Shown: positions 30,310 to 40,381, numbered from the stretch's first letter. The stretch: 64,000 bases of DNA from Candidatus Cloacimonadales bacterium (GCA_963663475.2 CAXXJV010000001.1:1824001-1888000), one strand, 5' to 3'. Notes: a model not told the origin generated them from the sequence alone. Program-made: numbers and translations.

Positions 30310-30990
30310 CTAATTCCAAAATTTATAAGTTATTGTTAAGGCATGACTTTGATTACTAAGAACCACAGGAGCCATATCTTGATAAGTTGGGAAATTAATT
30401 TTATACCAGCTGAGTGAAAAGCGATAGTCAAGTCCTAAAGGTAAACCTAAAGACTCTAAATCACTAGAAAAGCCATAGAGTAAACTATAGTCAAATTCAT
30501 CTAAATCTTTTATCTTGTATGAATCTTCTAAAGGGATGTAAGTTATAGATTCACCATTAGTCATTTTTACTTGTCCTTTAAGGTCATAGTGAGCACTTAA
30601 AAGGTAAGAGAAGGAGAAACCAACTTGACTGTAAATATTGATTCTTCCTAAATTTATAAGTTTGTATTTAATTAAAAAAGGAACTTCTAAGTAATCTAAA
30701 TCATATTGAAGATTAAAATTAACTGGCTGTTCTTTAACAGTAATCCTTTGTTTAGAACCTTTTTGAGAGTAAAGTACTTCTTGAACTAGATGAAGATTAT
30801 CAGTTATTATATGCTCAGAATAGAGACCTGTTCTCAAAACCGGATATGTTTTAATATCAATGTTATAGTCTGCTGCTTGATCTTTAGATCCATAAGCTTG
30901 GGCAAGACCACCACCAAAAATAAAACCAAAATCTGTAGCTGAAAGACAAATATTAATTAATAAGAAAGCAATAATTAGTAATTTATTCAC
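30310..30990 (-). CDS. Outer-membrane beta-barrel protein (PorT/OMP_b-brl-like)
   Basis: Signal peptide; EVLYSQKG, LDYLEVPFL, terminal aromatic YKFWN. Confidence 0.7.
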   Translation of the reverse strand: MNKLLIIAFLLINICLSATDFGFIFGGGLAQAYGSKDQAADYNIDIKTYPVLRTGLYSEHIITDNLHLVQEVLYSQKGSKQRITVKEQPVNFNLQYDLDYLEVPFLIKYKLINLGRINIYSQVGFSFSYLLSAHYDLKGQVKMTNGESITYIPLEDSYKIKDLDEFDYSLLYGFSSDLESLGLPLGLDYRFSLSWYKINFPTYQDMAPVVLSNQSHALTITYKFWN

Positions 30991-31011
30991 CCAGTTAACC
31001 TCTTGAAGTGC

Positions 31012-31047
31012 AAAAAATAATGGTTGGAAAATAACTTTCCAACCATT
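31012..31047 (-). terminator. Terminator after trxA
   Basis: AATGGTTGGAAA/TTTCCAACCATT 12-bp stem, A-run on + strand gives U-tract on - strand. Confidence 0.75.
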
Positions 31048-31055
31048 TAAATTTA

Positions 31056-31367
31056 TTAAAGGAAATTCTTAATTTTATTGGCAAGAACACTCTTAGAAAC
31101 AACACCAACAGTTTGATCTACTTCTTTACCATCTTTGAAAATTAGAATAGTAGGAATACTCATAATATTGAACTTAGCGGTTAACTCAGGATAATCATCT
31201 ACATTTAATTTATATACTTTCACTTCAGGCATTTCTTTAGCTATATCTTCTACAACAGGTGTCATAAGCCTACAAGGACCACACCAAATAGCCCAGAAGT
31301 CTACTATACTTACACCCTCTTTGACTGAATCTGCGAAATTTTCATTAGTAAGAGATATTAAAGACAT
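31056..31367 (-). CDS. trxA: Thioredoxin
   Basis: DFWAIWCGPC, SIPT. Confidence 0.97.
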   Translation of the reverse strand: MSLISLTNENFADSVKEGVSIVDFWAIWCGPCRLMTPVVEDIAKEMPEVKVYKLNVDDYPELTAKFNIMSIPTILIFKDGKEVDQTVGVVSKSVLANKIKNFL

Positions 31368-31452
31368 AAATCCTCCAGATCGATTTTATGATATTATAGT
31401 AGCTTTTTAGCTGATAACAAGAAAAAAATATAAAAAAAGTAAATACTTGCTT

Positions 31453-32247
31453 TTAGATTAACATCTTTCTTATTGGTTTTGAAATAAAGGTTATAAATAA
31501 TGTCAGCATAATCATAATTGAAGACAAGGCATTGATCGTAGTGACTGAACCTCTTCTTATAGCACTCTCAACATAGACAGGCAGGGTAGAAAAACCTCTA
31601 CCAGTTGAGAAGAAGGTAATAATGAAATCGTCTAAGGAAAGAGTAAAAGCCAAGAGGCCAGCAGCAAGTATCCCTGGCAATATTATCGGAAATTTTACCT
31701 TCCAAAAGAACTGACTCTTGTTAGCTCCTAAATCCATAGCAGCTTCTTGTAAAGAGTTGTCAAATCCCTGCAGTCTTGATTGAATTACAATAATTGTGTA
31801 AGAAACACAAAAGGTTATATGGGCAATTATAACAGTTAATTTTCCCATAGGGAAACGTAAGAAACTAAACAACATAGCAATAGAAACACCCATGAGAATA
31901 TCTGGCATTACTAAGGGTAAGAAGATAATTCCCTGTAAGAATTTCTTGGCTTTAAAGTATTTGTTTTCTAAACCTAAAGCTGTTACCAAGCCTATTGCTG
32001 TAGATATGATTGTAGAAATACCTGCTACAGAAAGTGAATTCCAGAAGGCACTTTTTAGATTCTCATTTTCCCAGAGTAGTTGGTAATACTTAAATGTGAA
32101 TCCATTCCAACCTGCAATAATCTTAGAATCATTAAAACTATAGATAATTAATATTAGAATTGGTACATAAAGAAATAATAAGACCAAAGTAAATATTAAA
32201 ATGTTAGCAGACTGAAAGAAAAGTTTTAGATTTGATTTATAGTTCAT
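31453..32247 (-). CDS. potC: Spermidine/putrescine ABC permease
   Basis: FLYVPI...YSFN, EAAMDLGA, SLDDF. Confidence 0.9.
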   Translation of the reverse strand: MNYKSNLKLFFQSANILIFTLVLLFLYVPILILIIYSFNDSKIIAGWNGFTFKYYQLLWENENLKSAFWNSLSVAGISTIISTAIGLVTALGLENKYFKAKKFLQGIIFLPLVMPDILMGVSIAMLFSFLRFPMGKLTVIIAHITFCVSYTIIVIQSRLQGFDNSLQEAAMDLGANKSQFFWKVKFPIILPGILAAGLLAFTLSLDDFIITFFSTGRGFSTLPVYVESAIRRGSVTTINALSSIMIMLTLFITFISKPIRKMLI

Positions 32248-33128
32248 CCACTCCTCCTAGATGATTGCTTGTAGTAATTATAACCAGTTAGCAAGAGAAA
32301 GGCTACAAGTATTAGTAAGAGAAATGATAGGGCTGAGGCAAGAGGCCAGTTTCTGGGAATAGATTTAACCTTGAAGGTTATTAACTGTCCAATGAAAGCA
32401 GAGCTTTGATGGCCTACTAACTGGGGAATGATATAGGTCCCTAAGGCAGGTATGAATACTAGAATAGATCCTGCAAAAATACCTTCTAAAGCAAGGGGAA
32501 GGGTTATTTTAAAGAAAGACTGGATTTCATTTGCTCCTAAATCCATGGAAGCTTCTAGGAGATTATAGTTAAATTTTTCTAGGACAGAATAGATGGGCAG
32601 AATCATATATGGTAGATATACATAAACCATTACAAGTAGTACTGCTCCATTAGTTCTTAGTAACATTAATGGTTGATCAATTATTCCTAGACTAATTAAA
32701 AGGTTGTTGAGTAATCCTTGTGATGATAAGAATATTTTCCAAGAAAAGATTCTAATGATAAAGTTAGTCCAGAATGGAATGATGATCAAAATGAGTAAGA
32801 GATTCTGCATTTTCTTTGATGATTTTGCTATTATATAGGCTACAGGAAAACCAATTAGAATGGTGATTAAAGTAGTAGCTAGCGACATTACTAATGAATG
32901 GGTAATAGAATCTATATAGGAGGGAGAGAAGGCCTCCTTCCATGAATCTAGAGAAAAGATAAATTTAATATCATAAACTCCAGGAGTTAAGACACTATAA
33001 AATATTACTATTACGTAAGGAATTAGAAAGAATAGGGTAATCCACAACAAAAAAGGACTTGTTAATATCCAAGAATTTTTGTTTTCTTTCTTAATTTTTG
33101 CTAGTTCATTTTTAGTAAGCATATCCAT
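32244..33128 (-). CDS. potB: Spermidine/putrescine ABC permease
   Basis: PFWTNFIIR, YLPYMILPIY, EASMDLGA, NWPLASA. Confidence 0.9.
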   Translation of the reverse strand: MDMLTKNELAKIKKENKNSWILTSPFLLWITLFFLIPYVIVIFYSVLTPGVYDIKFIFSLDSWKEAFSPSYIDSITHSLVMSLATTLITILIGFPVAYIIAKSSKKMQNLLLILIIIPFWTNFIIRIFSWKIFLSSQGLLNNLLISLGIIDQPLMLLRTNGAVLLVMVYVYLPYMILPIYSVLEKFNYNLLEASMDLGANEIQSFFKITLPLALEGIFAGSILVFIPALGTYIIPQLVGHQSSAFIGQLITFKVKSIPRNWPLASALSFLLLILVAFLLLTGYNYYKQSSRRSG

Positions 33129-34283
33129 CTATTTTCTTCTCAAATTCTTAACTATATTTTCTGAGTTAATCCCACTATCATCAGTTTCATATATGATATG
33201 AGTATCAGTATCATGCCAATAAAGATATACTTTTTCCTCCCAATCCAAAGATAACTCGTCAACATAGACTTTTTTGTGCTGCTGAAAAACTCTGAAGAAA
33301 TAGTTGCCAACCTTAACAATATACTGGGTATGGGTGCCAGCATAAAGAATATCTTCAATAACACCTTGCAGAATATTGAAATCATCTTTTCTTTTAGGTG
33401 GCTTTCGAGAAATTGCTATTTTTTCTGGTCTGAGAGAAAGGGTAACAGCATCTTCAATTAAAGGCCTACGGTGATAGGTTGTATCTAATTCAATTTGATG
33501 TTGCGAATCTGTTTGACAGACAATACTAGCGTATTCATCATTGACTTCAACAACTCTTCCTTCAATGAGATTAGTATCACCAATGAAGTAGGCTGAGAAG
33601 ATAGTCTCAGGCCTTTCATATACATCATCAGGTGAACCTACTTGGGCAAATTTACCCTTATTCATTATGGCAAGTCTATCTGCAATATTCAAGGCTTCAC
33701 TTTGATCATGGGTAACATAGAGAAAGGTAATTCCTACCGCATCATGAATATTCATTAATTCTATTAACATATGCTGTCTTAACTTTAAATCTAGAGCAGC
33801 TAAAGGTTCGTCAAGCAAAAGTACCTTGGGCTCATTAATTAAAGCTCGAGCAATAGCAATTCTTTGCTTCTGCCCTCCACTTAGTTGATTAGGAAATTTA
33901 TTAACATGGTCTTCCATTTTAACTAGCTTTAACATCTGCCGAACCCTATCTTCAATTTCTGATTTATTTTTCCTTTTAATCTTTAAACCAAAAGCAATAT
34001 TATGGAAAATATCCATATGGGGGAATAGGGAGTAATTTTGAAAAATAGTATTTACTGGTCTCTTATAGGGAGGAAGTTTAGATATATCTTTATCTCCAAT
34101 ATAAATGTTCCCATGGGTAGGAGTTTCAAAACCAGCAATCATTCTCAAAAGAGTAGTTTTACCACAACCACTAGGACCTAAGAAGGAGAAGAACTCTCCT
34201 TGCTTAATGTCCAAACTTAAAGAATCAACAGCTATAAAATTATCAAATTTCTTTGTAACATTTACTAATCTTAAATCTTCCAA
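33129..34283 (-). CDS. potA: Spermidine/putrescine ABC ATP-binding protein
   Basis: GPSGCGKT, LSGGQKQR, LLDEPLAALDLKLR, TOBE-like C-terminus. Confidence 0.92.
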   Translation of the reverse strand: MEDLRLVNVTKKFDNFIAVDSLSLDIKQGEFFSFLGPSGCGKTTLLRMIAGFETPTHGNIYIGDKDISKLPPYKRPVNTIFQNYSLFPHMDIFHNIAFGLKIKRKNKSEIEDRVRQMLKLVKMEDHVNKFPNQLSGGQKQRIAIARALINEPKVLLLDEPLAALDLKLRQHMLIELMNIHDAVGITFLYVTHDQSEALNIADRLAIMNKGKFAQVGSPDDVYERPETIFSAYFIGDTNLIEGRVVEVNDEYASIVCQTDSQHQIELDTTYHRRPLIEDAVTLSLRPEKIAISRKPPKRKDDFNILQGVIEDILYAGTHTQYIVKVGNYFFRVFQQHKKVYVDELSLDWEEKVYLYWHDTDTHIIYETDDSGINSENIVKNLRRK

Positions 34284-34294
34284 TAATCAATCCT

Positions 34295-35443
34295 TTATCT
34301 TTTTCTTCTTCTTAAGAAGATAGGTATAAAAACAGCCACTAAAATTAAGAGATAGATAATCTTGTTCATACCTGATTTTTCACTTCTTCTGTTTTCAGAG
34401 TTTAAGCAAATTCTCTCATAAAGAGATGAAATATTAGTAACATTTTCACCTAAATATTTTATTGGGAAACATCTATCAAGGTAAGAATCTGAAATATAGA
34501 TAAGTTCATTAGATTTTGTCTCTTCATCTACAAAGTCATTATAAGCTGTTAAATTAGGACTGGCATATTCAACCCATTCAGCATTTCTAGCTGCAATTTC
34601 TGGTTCCATTAAAAAGTCTAAAAACTTATAAGCTAAATCTTTATTTTCAGCATTCTTAAGAAGAACAAAAGAATCAATCCAATAGGTTCCACCCTCTTCC
34701 ATAAGGGCAAATTTAAGATGGTCAAATTCTCTTATAACTTGTAATGCATCACCATTGTAGGCTTGAGCAATCCAGACTTCTTCTTGTGGTATATCATTTT
34801 TGTAAGCATCAGAATGATATTGAGATATGTTCCTATCCCAAAGGATTAGTTTTTCTTCAGCACTCTTCAATGCTTGAGCTGAGTAATCATTAGCAGAATA
34901 ACCAGAAGCAATTAGAGCTGCACCAACAACTTCTCTTGCATCATCTAACATCATTAATTTATTTTTGTATTTTTCATCCTGGAAAAGTGACCAGCTTGCT
35001 GAATTATCTTCACCTAATTCAAGATAGTTAGGGTTATAGAGTATGCCTGTTACACCCCAAAAATAAGGCATTGCATAATCTTCTGCATTATCAAAATAGG
35101 CTAGCTTGTCTAAAATTTTTGGATTTAAGTGTTCCCAGTTTGGTAATTTAGACTTATCTAATTTTTCCAGTAAATCCATTTCTAACATAATTTGGACATG
35201 GTCTCCTGAGGGACAGACTAAGTCATAAGATTTTGATGAAGATGCTACTTTTGTTAGCATGCTTTCATTTGAATCAAAATAATCTTCGATAACTTCACAG
35301 TTATTTATTGCTTCAAATTCTGAAACAAGCTCAGGATCAATGTACTCAGTCCAGTTAAAAACATAGAGTTTGGCTTCACTTGTATAAGCTAAGCTAAGCA
35401 TTGAAAGTAAAATTAAAACAAGTATGACAATTTTTTTATTCAT
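34295..35443 (-). CDS. potD: Spermidine/putrescine-binding protein with C-terminal membrane anchor
   Basis: FNWTEYID, FDSNE, PYFWG, WIDSF; start MNKK at 35443 after GGAG; hydrophobic C-tail plus RRRKR. Confidence 0.88.
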   Translation of the reverse strand: MNKKIVILVLILLSMLSLAYTSEAKLYVFNWTEYIDPELVSEFEAINNCEVIEDYFDSNESMLTKVASSSKSYDLVCPSGDHVQIMLEMDLLEKLDKSKLPNWEHLNPKILDKLAYFDNAEDYAMPYFWGVTGILYNPNYLELGEDNSASWSLFQDEKYKNKLMMLDDAREVVGAALIASGYSANDYSAQALKSAEEKLILWDRNISQYHSDAYKNDIPQEEVWIAQAYNGDALQVIREFDHLKFALMEEGGTYWIDSFVLLKNAENKDLAYKFLDFLMEPEIAARNAEWVEYASPNLTAYNDFVDEETKSNELIYISDSYLDRCFPIKYLGENVTNISSLYERICLNSENRRSEKSGMNKIIYLLILVAVFIPIFLRRRKR

Positions 35444-35467
35444 TTCTAGCTCCAAGAATTTAGTTTA

Positions 35468-35563
35468 ACCCGAATAGTGCATTTGAACTTTGATGAAGAA
35501 TGCTAGATTCTTTTAGCAAAAGAAGATTCTGCTATTCTCAAAGGTCTACTGCATTATTTGGCT
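35468..35563 (-). mobile_element. Family A repeat, copy A7 (96 bp, opposite orientation)
   Basis: Reverse complement aligns with A2 and A1 (GAATAGCAGAATCTTCTTTTGCTAAAAGAATCTAGC core); flanked by TTA/TTA. Confidence 0.75.
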
Positions 35564-35693
35564 TTAATTACTCCTAAAAAAACTTATAGCCATATTGTGT
35601 CAATAATTATGATTAGGCAAGGGAAAATTTAGTTTCTAATTAATTTTACTAAGGGATGTGATGTGTAGAGAGGTTAAGAAGCTATTATATTAA

Positions 35694-35712
35694 ACCCGAA
35701 TAGTGCAGTAGA
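35694..35712. repeat. Family A isolated terminal repeat A8
   Basis: TAA then ACCCGAATAGTGCAGTAGA. Confidence 0.55.
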
Positions 35713-35746
35713 AATAAAACAACAAAAGTTAATGTTTATCTTTTTA

Positions 35747-37654
35747 TCAATAGGAGAAAACTACTCCACTATTAGCTAGAATCCAACTTTCCTTTTCACT
35801 TTCAACAGAGATTGCTTGCTTAGTTTTCTTTATTAAAGGATATTTAGTCTCTCCAGAGAAAAAGCTTACTGTATCAATTTCTTCTATACAAGCAGGATAT
35901 TCAAAAATAATATTAAGTCCCTTTGTAGCTTCTGAGATAAAGATACTTAATTGGTGTGATTTTTTGGGGTAAAGAGTTTTTGTCTTAATACTGTAAGAAC
36001 ATCTTTGTCCAATAAATCTAGAATAGTCTTTATTTCTACAAGTAAATTCTAGCACATCAACTTTATTGCTCGCTGAAATATCAGCACTTATACCATTCAC
36101 GGTTACTTCACTAATAAGGAAGGAATCTGAAGTTAACTCAAGTTGAGAAGCAAGTAACCATCTGTATTCTACTTTAGGGTTTTTGAAATAGTGATTTAAA
36201 GTTTCTTCATTTGAAGTACAAGCAATTAGGAAATTATCAGCATTAAGATTTTTTCTATAAGTTAATTCGGTTGTTACTAGATAGAAGTCTGGGTAAAGTG
36301 AGGATTCTGAGAACTTAACTTTATGCTTAAAATCAGTTTTATAAGAAATGTTCTTATCAGATTCTTTAATAAAATTATCAATAATTTCTGAAAATAAAAC
36401 TTGTGATAACTCACTACTTTTTATTCTTGTAGAAAGTGCATTTTGAATAATGGAAGATAACTTGTGAGCTGAGAAATCAGGAGAGTAAAAGTCACGTCTT
36501 AAACGAGGTTCACTGGCAATTTCAATGTCTTTGTAATAGTAAAATCTCTTAGCTCTTTTACCAGTTTGAGTTGCAAGCTCATAGGGAGAACCTGCATATA
36601 AAGAGGATAAATCTTCTATTCTGAGTCTATTGTTACCAAAGAGGATAACTTCTTCTCCTAAGCTAGGATGATCAATATCAGTAACATCTACCATGATCAT
36701 ATCCATAGTAACTTTGCCAATTATAGGGATTATTTGTTCTCTGATTAATACTTTACCCTTGTTTTTCAGTAAGTAGTTGTAACCATCTGCATAACCTATG
36801 GGAAGGATTGCATAAGTTAGGTCTCTAGGAGCTTGATAAGCTAAGTTATAACCAATGAACTCATCTTTTTTAGCAGTTTTAATAAGACTTATTTTAGTAA
36901 CAAACTTCATAACAGCTTTTAAAGAAATAAGGTCTTTTAAAAGTGGATGAGGGTAGATTCCAAAAGATAATATTCCAATTCTAACTAGATTCATTTTCTC
37001 AAACTTGTAATTTACAAGGGCACAGGAATTTGAAGCATGCAGGTAAGTTGGATTGATATTCTTTATCTTCTGTTTAATATTATCAAGAGTAGTTGAAAAT
37101 AAAGAGTATTGTTGTAGGGTATAATCTGGATTACTTTCACTTTCAGCAAAATGAGTAAAAATACCGTCAATTATTATGTTAGAAAGTTGAGCTACTTGAG
37201 CAAAAAAAGATAAAGCTTGATCAGCTCTAACTCCTGACCTGTTCATGCCAGTATCAATATTTATGTGTACTTTTACTTTTTTATCATAAGCTTTAGCTAT
37301 TTGATCCAATTTTTTCGCAAAGACTAGATCATTGACAGAAGGGACTAGTTCATTGATAACAATTTTTTCTATTTCAGAATCTAAGGAGGGGGAGAGGATT
37401 AAAATAGGTGCAGAAATATCTTGATACCTGATAAGTAAGGCTTCATCTAGATTAGCAACTCCTAGCATAGAAACGCCATTCTTTATTGCTTGTTTGGCTA
37501 TTTGAAAAGCTCCATGTCCATAAGCATCAGCTTTTACAATTTGTAAAATCTCTTGTTTTGGTGTTAGAAAGCTCTTGAGTTGCTTAAGATTATCTTCATA
37601 GTTAGATAAATTAATCTCAATCCATGATCTTTCGTAATTAGTCCTCTTATCCAT
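35747..37654 (-). CDS. alr: Alanine racemase with ~260-aa C-terminal extension
   Basis: VKADAYGHG (PLP Lys), DTGMNR, HASNS, IGY..AY, GYADG, MDMIM. Confidence 0.88.
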   Translation of the reverse strand: MDKRTNYERSWIEINLSNYEDNLKQLKSFLTPKQEILQIVKADAYGHGAFQIAKQAIKNGVSMLGVANLDEALLIRYQDISAPILILSPSLDSEIEKIVINELVPSVNDLVFAKKLDQIAKAYDKKVKVHINIDTGMNRSGVRADQALSFFAQVAQLSNIIIDGIFTHFAESESNPDYTLQQYSLFSTTLDNIKQKIKNINPTYLHASNSCALVNYKFEKMNLVRIGILSFGIYPHPLLKDLISLKAVMKFVTKISLIKTAKKDEFIGYNLAYQAPRDLTYAILPIGYADGYNYLLKNKGKVLIREQIIPIIGKVTMDMIMVDVTDIDHPSLGEEVILFGNNRLRIEDLSSLYAGSPYELATQTGKRAKRFYYYKDIEIASEPRLRRDFYSPDFSAHKLSSIIQNALSTRIKSSELSQVLFSEIIDNFIKESDKNISYKTDFKHKVKFSESSLYPDFYLVTTELTYRKNLNADNFLIACTSNEETLNHYFKNPKVEYRWLLASQLELTSDSFLISEVTVNGISADISASNKVDVLEFTCRNKDYSRFIGQRCSYSIKTKTLYPKKSHQLSIFISEATKGLNIIFEYPACIEEIDTVSFFSGETKYPLIKKTKQAISVESEKESWILANSGVVFSY

Positions 37655-37669
37655 ATCAGCAATAATCCC

Positions 37670-39022
37670 TTAAAAGTATGAAGCAGCTATTTCTGCCAGT
37701 TTAGACCTTTCACCTTTTTTGAGAGTGATATGGCCAACTAATGTTTCATTCTTCATTTTTTCAACAGCTAAAGATAGCCCATTTGATTCAGAATCAAGGT
37801 AGGGTATATCAATTTGATGAGGGTCACCTGTTAGTATAATCTTTGTATTTTCACCTGCCCTAGTAATGATTGTTTTCATTTCATGAGGAGTAAGATTTTG
37901 AGCTTCATCAATTACCATAAACTGGTTAGGTAGAGATCTACCTCTAATATAGGTTAGAGGTTCAAGCTCTATAAAGTTAAAATCTAAGTAATCATTGATG
38001 GAAGGGTGTTTTTTACCAAATACTTTTCCATTATCATTTTTATCATAGTCATTATGACCTTGAATAAGAATTTCCATATTATCATAGATTGGTTGCATCC
38101 AAGGAGTAAACTTATCATCTTTAGAACCTGGTAGGAAACCTAAATCTTTACCTAAGGGAGAAATAGGCCTGGAAACAACTAACCTATTGTAGGTATCATC
38201 TTCTACAACTTGATTTAAGCCTGAGGCAATGGCGATTAGTGTTTTACCAGTTCCTGCTATACCAGAAAGTGAAACAAGTCTAATTGAACTATCTAAAAGA
38301 AGGTCAAAGGCCATAATCTGCTCATCATTTCTAGCTTTAATTCCAAATATTTCCTGTCCAGTATAGTATTTCAGAGGGAAAAACTTATTTTCTTCATGAT
38401 TATATCTTAAGATAATCTTGTTTTTAGCAGATTTAAGATTATCTACTAATTTTAGGAAATGATTGGGAGGGAAGTCTCCTAATTTATTAGAATAGTAGCC
38501 CTTTTCAATAACTTTCTCAATTTGTTTTTTGGTTACTTTTAAGCTTGTATAACCTGTATATATCTCTTCAAAATTAACTTTTTCAGGTTCATAGTTTTCT
38601 GTTTTTATGCCCAGGCAGTCAGCTTTTATTCTCACATTTGCATCTTTGGAAACAAGAGTGACTATTCTATCAGGATGAAGCTTCATGAAATAAGCAGCAG
38701 TACCGATAATTCTATTGTCATTGTTATCTAGAAGTTTAACTCCATCAATATTAAGGTCAGATGATAGGATTGTAACTTGGACAATACCACCTTTTTCAGT
38801 GAGAACTCCTTCTTTAAGTGAACCTTGTGTTCTTAGCTTATCTAAGGACCTACCAATAAGTCTAGCATTTCTACTTTTCTCATCAACACCTTTTTTAAAC
38901 TGGTCAACTTCTTCAATAACAGTCATAGGGATAACAACTCTGTTGTCTGCAAAACTAAAGATTGCATTAGGATCATGAATCAGGACATTAGTATCTAAAA
39001 CAAATATTTTCTCCACTCTCAC
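37670..39022 (-). CDS. PIN-PhoH (PhoH2/YlaK-like) protein
   Basis: N-terminal PIN VLDTNVL...NDNRI...SKD; GIAGTGKT, YIRGRS, DEAQN, TGDPHQID. Confidence 0.93.
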   Translation of the reverse strand: MRVEKIFVLDTNVLIHDPNAIFSFADNRVVIPMTVIEEVDQFKKGVDEKSRNARLIGRSLDKLRTQGSLKEGVLTEKGGIVQVTILSSDLNIDGVKLLDNNDNRIIGTAAYFMKLHPDRIVTLVSKDANVRIKADCLGIKTENYEPEKVNFEEIYTGYTSLKVTKKQIEKVIEKGYYSNKLGDFPPNHFLKLVDNLKSAKNKIILRYNHEENKFFPLKYYTGQEIFGIKARNDEQIMAFDLLLDSSIRLVSLSGIAGTGKTLIAIASGLNQVVEDDTYNRLVVSRPISPLGKDLGFLPGSKDDKFTPWMQPIYDNMEILIQGHNDYDKNDNGKVFGKKHPSINDYLDFNFIELEPLTYIRGRSLPNQFMVIDEAQNLTPHEMKTIITRAGENTKIILTGDPHQIDIPYLDSESNGLSLAVEKMKNETLVGHITLKKGERSKLAEIAASYF

Positions 39023-39025
39023 CCC

Positions 39026-40381
39026 TTAAAAGAAAGATTTAAATAAATCATTTATATTATTAATTTTTGTGCAGTTTTTAACTAAATTCTTACTTACTTC
39101 TGCTTTATCAGAAATAACAATTCTCTCGAATCCTAGTCTAATAGATTCTTTTATTTTATCATTTATGCCTTTAGCAACTCTTACTTCTCCGTTTAATCCA
39201 ACCTCGCCGATAAAGACATAGTTTTTGGGAATAGGAATATCTGTAAAACCAGAGAAAATAGCAGTTACTACAGCTAAATCCATTGAAGCATCTTTACTCT
39301 TAAAGCCACCAATAATATTGATAAAGACATCGTTTGAAGAAAGAGGAATTCCTGTATGTTTTTCAATTACAGCTAATATCATTGCTAACTTTTTTTGTTC
39401 ATAACCAACTGATACTCGCTGGGCATTCCCGAAGGATGTTTTATTTATTAGGGCTTGAATTTCTATAAAGAAGTTTCTTGATCCTTCACTTACACAGGCT
39501 ATAACATCACCAGAATGATTATCCTTTCTGCTTAAGAAAATCATTGAAGGGTTAATAACTTCACTTAATCCTTTAGTATTCATTTCAAATATTCCGATTT
39601 CATTAGTTGAACCAAATCTATTCTTACTGGTTCTTAATATTTTATAAAAGCCTTCTTTTTCACTCTCAAAATAAAGAACTGTATCAACCATATGTTCAAT
39701 TGTTTTAGGGCCAGCAACCATACCATCTTTAGTAACATGACCTATAATAATAGTAGGAATATCTTCTTTTTTAGCTATCTTTGTTAAATAGTTACTACAT
39801 TCTCTAAGTTGAGTTACACTTCCTAAATAATTGTCAATATCTGGTGAATAGATTGACTGAATGGAATCAATGACTAATAAGTCTGGATTATGCTTAGCAA
39901 TTGCATCATCAATTTGTTGAATATCATTATTACAGAGTAAGAAGATATTTTCAGAAGTAATCTCTAATCTTAAGCTTCTAAGTTTTATTTGTTCTTTACT
40001 TTCTTCACCTGAAACATAGAGTATTCGCTTATTTTGTTTAGCAACTTTGGAAGCTACTTGGAGCATTAAAGTAGATTTTCCAGTACCAGGTTCTCCACCT
40101 AAGAGGATTACCATACCTGATACAAAACCACCCCCTAATACACAATCAAACTCACTAAAGCCACTTGTTAATCTAGACTCAGAAGAAACCTGTATTTCTT
40201 GCAGATTACTGACCTTATCAATCATATGATTTATTTTATTTCCAATACTTTTACTTTTTTTAGCTTTACCTAAAACCCTATTTACTTCTTTGAATGAGTT
40301 CCATTCTCCACATGCAGGACATTTTCCTGCCCAGCCGGCAGACTCATAACCACAGTTGCTACATACAAAACCACTAGCCAT
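39026..40381 (-). CDS. radA: DNA repair protein RadA/Sms
   Basis: CSNC...CPAC zinc finger, GEPGTGKS, KNRFG, Lon-like C-terminus GEVGLNGE. Confidence 0.97.
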   Translation of the reverse strand: MASGFVCSNCGYESAGWAGKCPACGEWNSFKEVNRVLGKAKKSKSIGNKINHMIDKVSNLQEIQVSSESRLTSGFSEFDCVLGGGFVSGMVILLGGEPGTGKSTLMLQVASKVAKQNKRILYVSGEESKEQIKLRSLRLEITSENIFLLCNNDIQQIDDAIAKHNPDLLVIDSIQSIYSPDIDNYLGSVTQLRECSNYLTKIAKKEDIPTIIIGHVTKDGMVAGPKTIEHMVDTVLYFESEKEGFYKILRTSKNRFGSTNEIGIFEMNTKGLSEVINPSMIFLSRKDNHSGDVIACVSEGSRNFFIEIQALINKTSFGNAQRVSVGYEQKKLAMILAVIEKHTGIPLSSNDVFINIIGGFKSKDASMDLAVVTAIFSGFTDIPIPKNYVFIGEVGLNGEVRVAKGINDKIKESIRLGFERIVISDKAEVSKNLVKNCTKINNINDLFKSFF

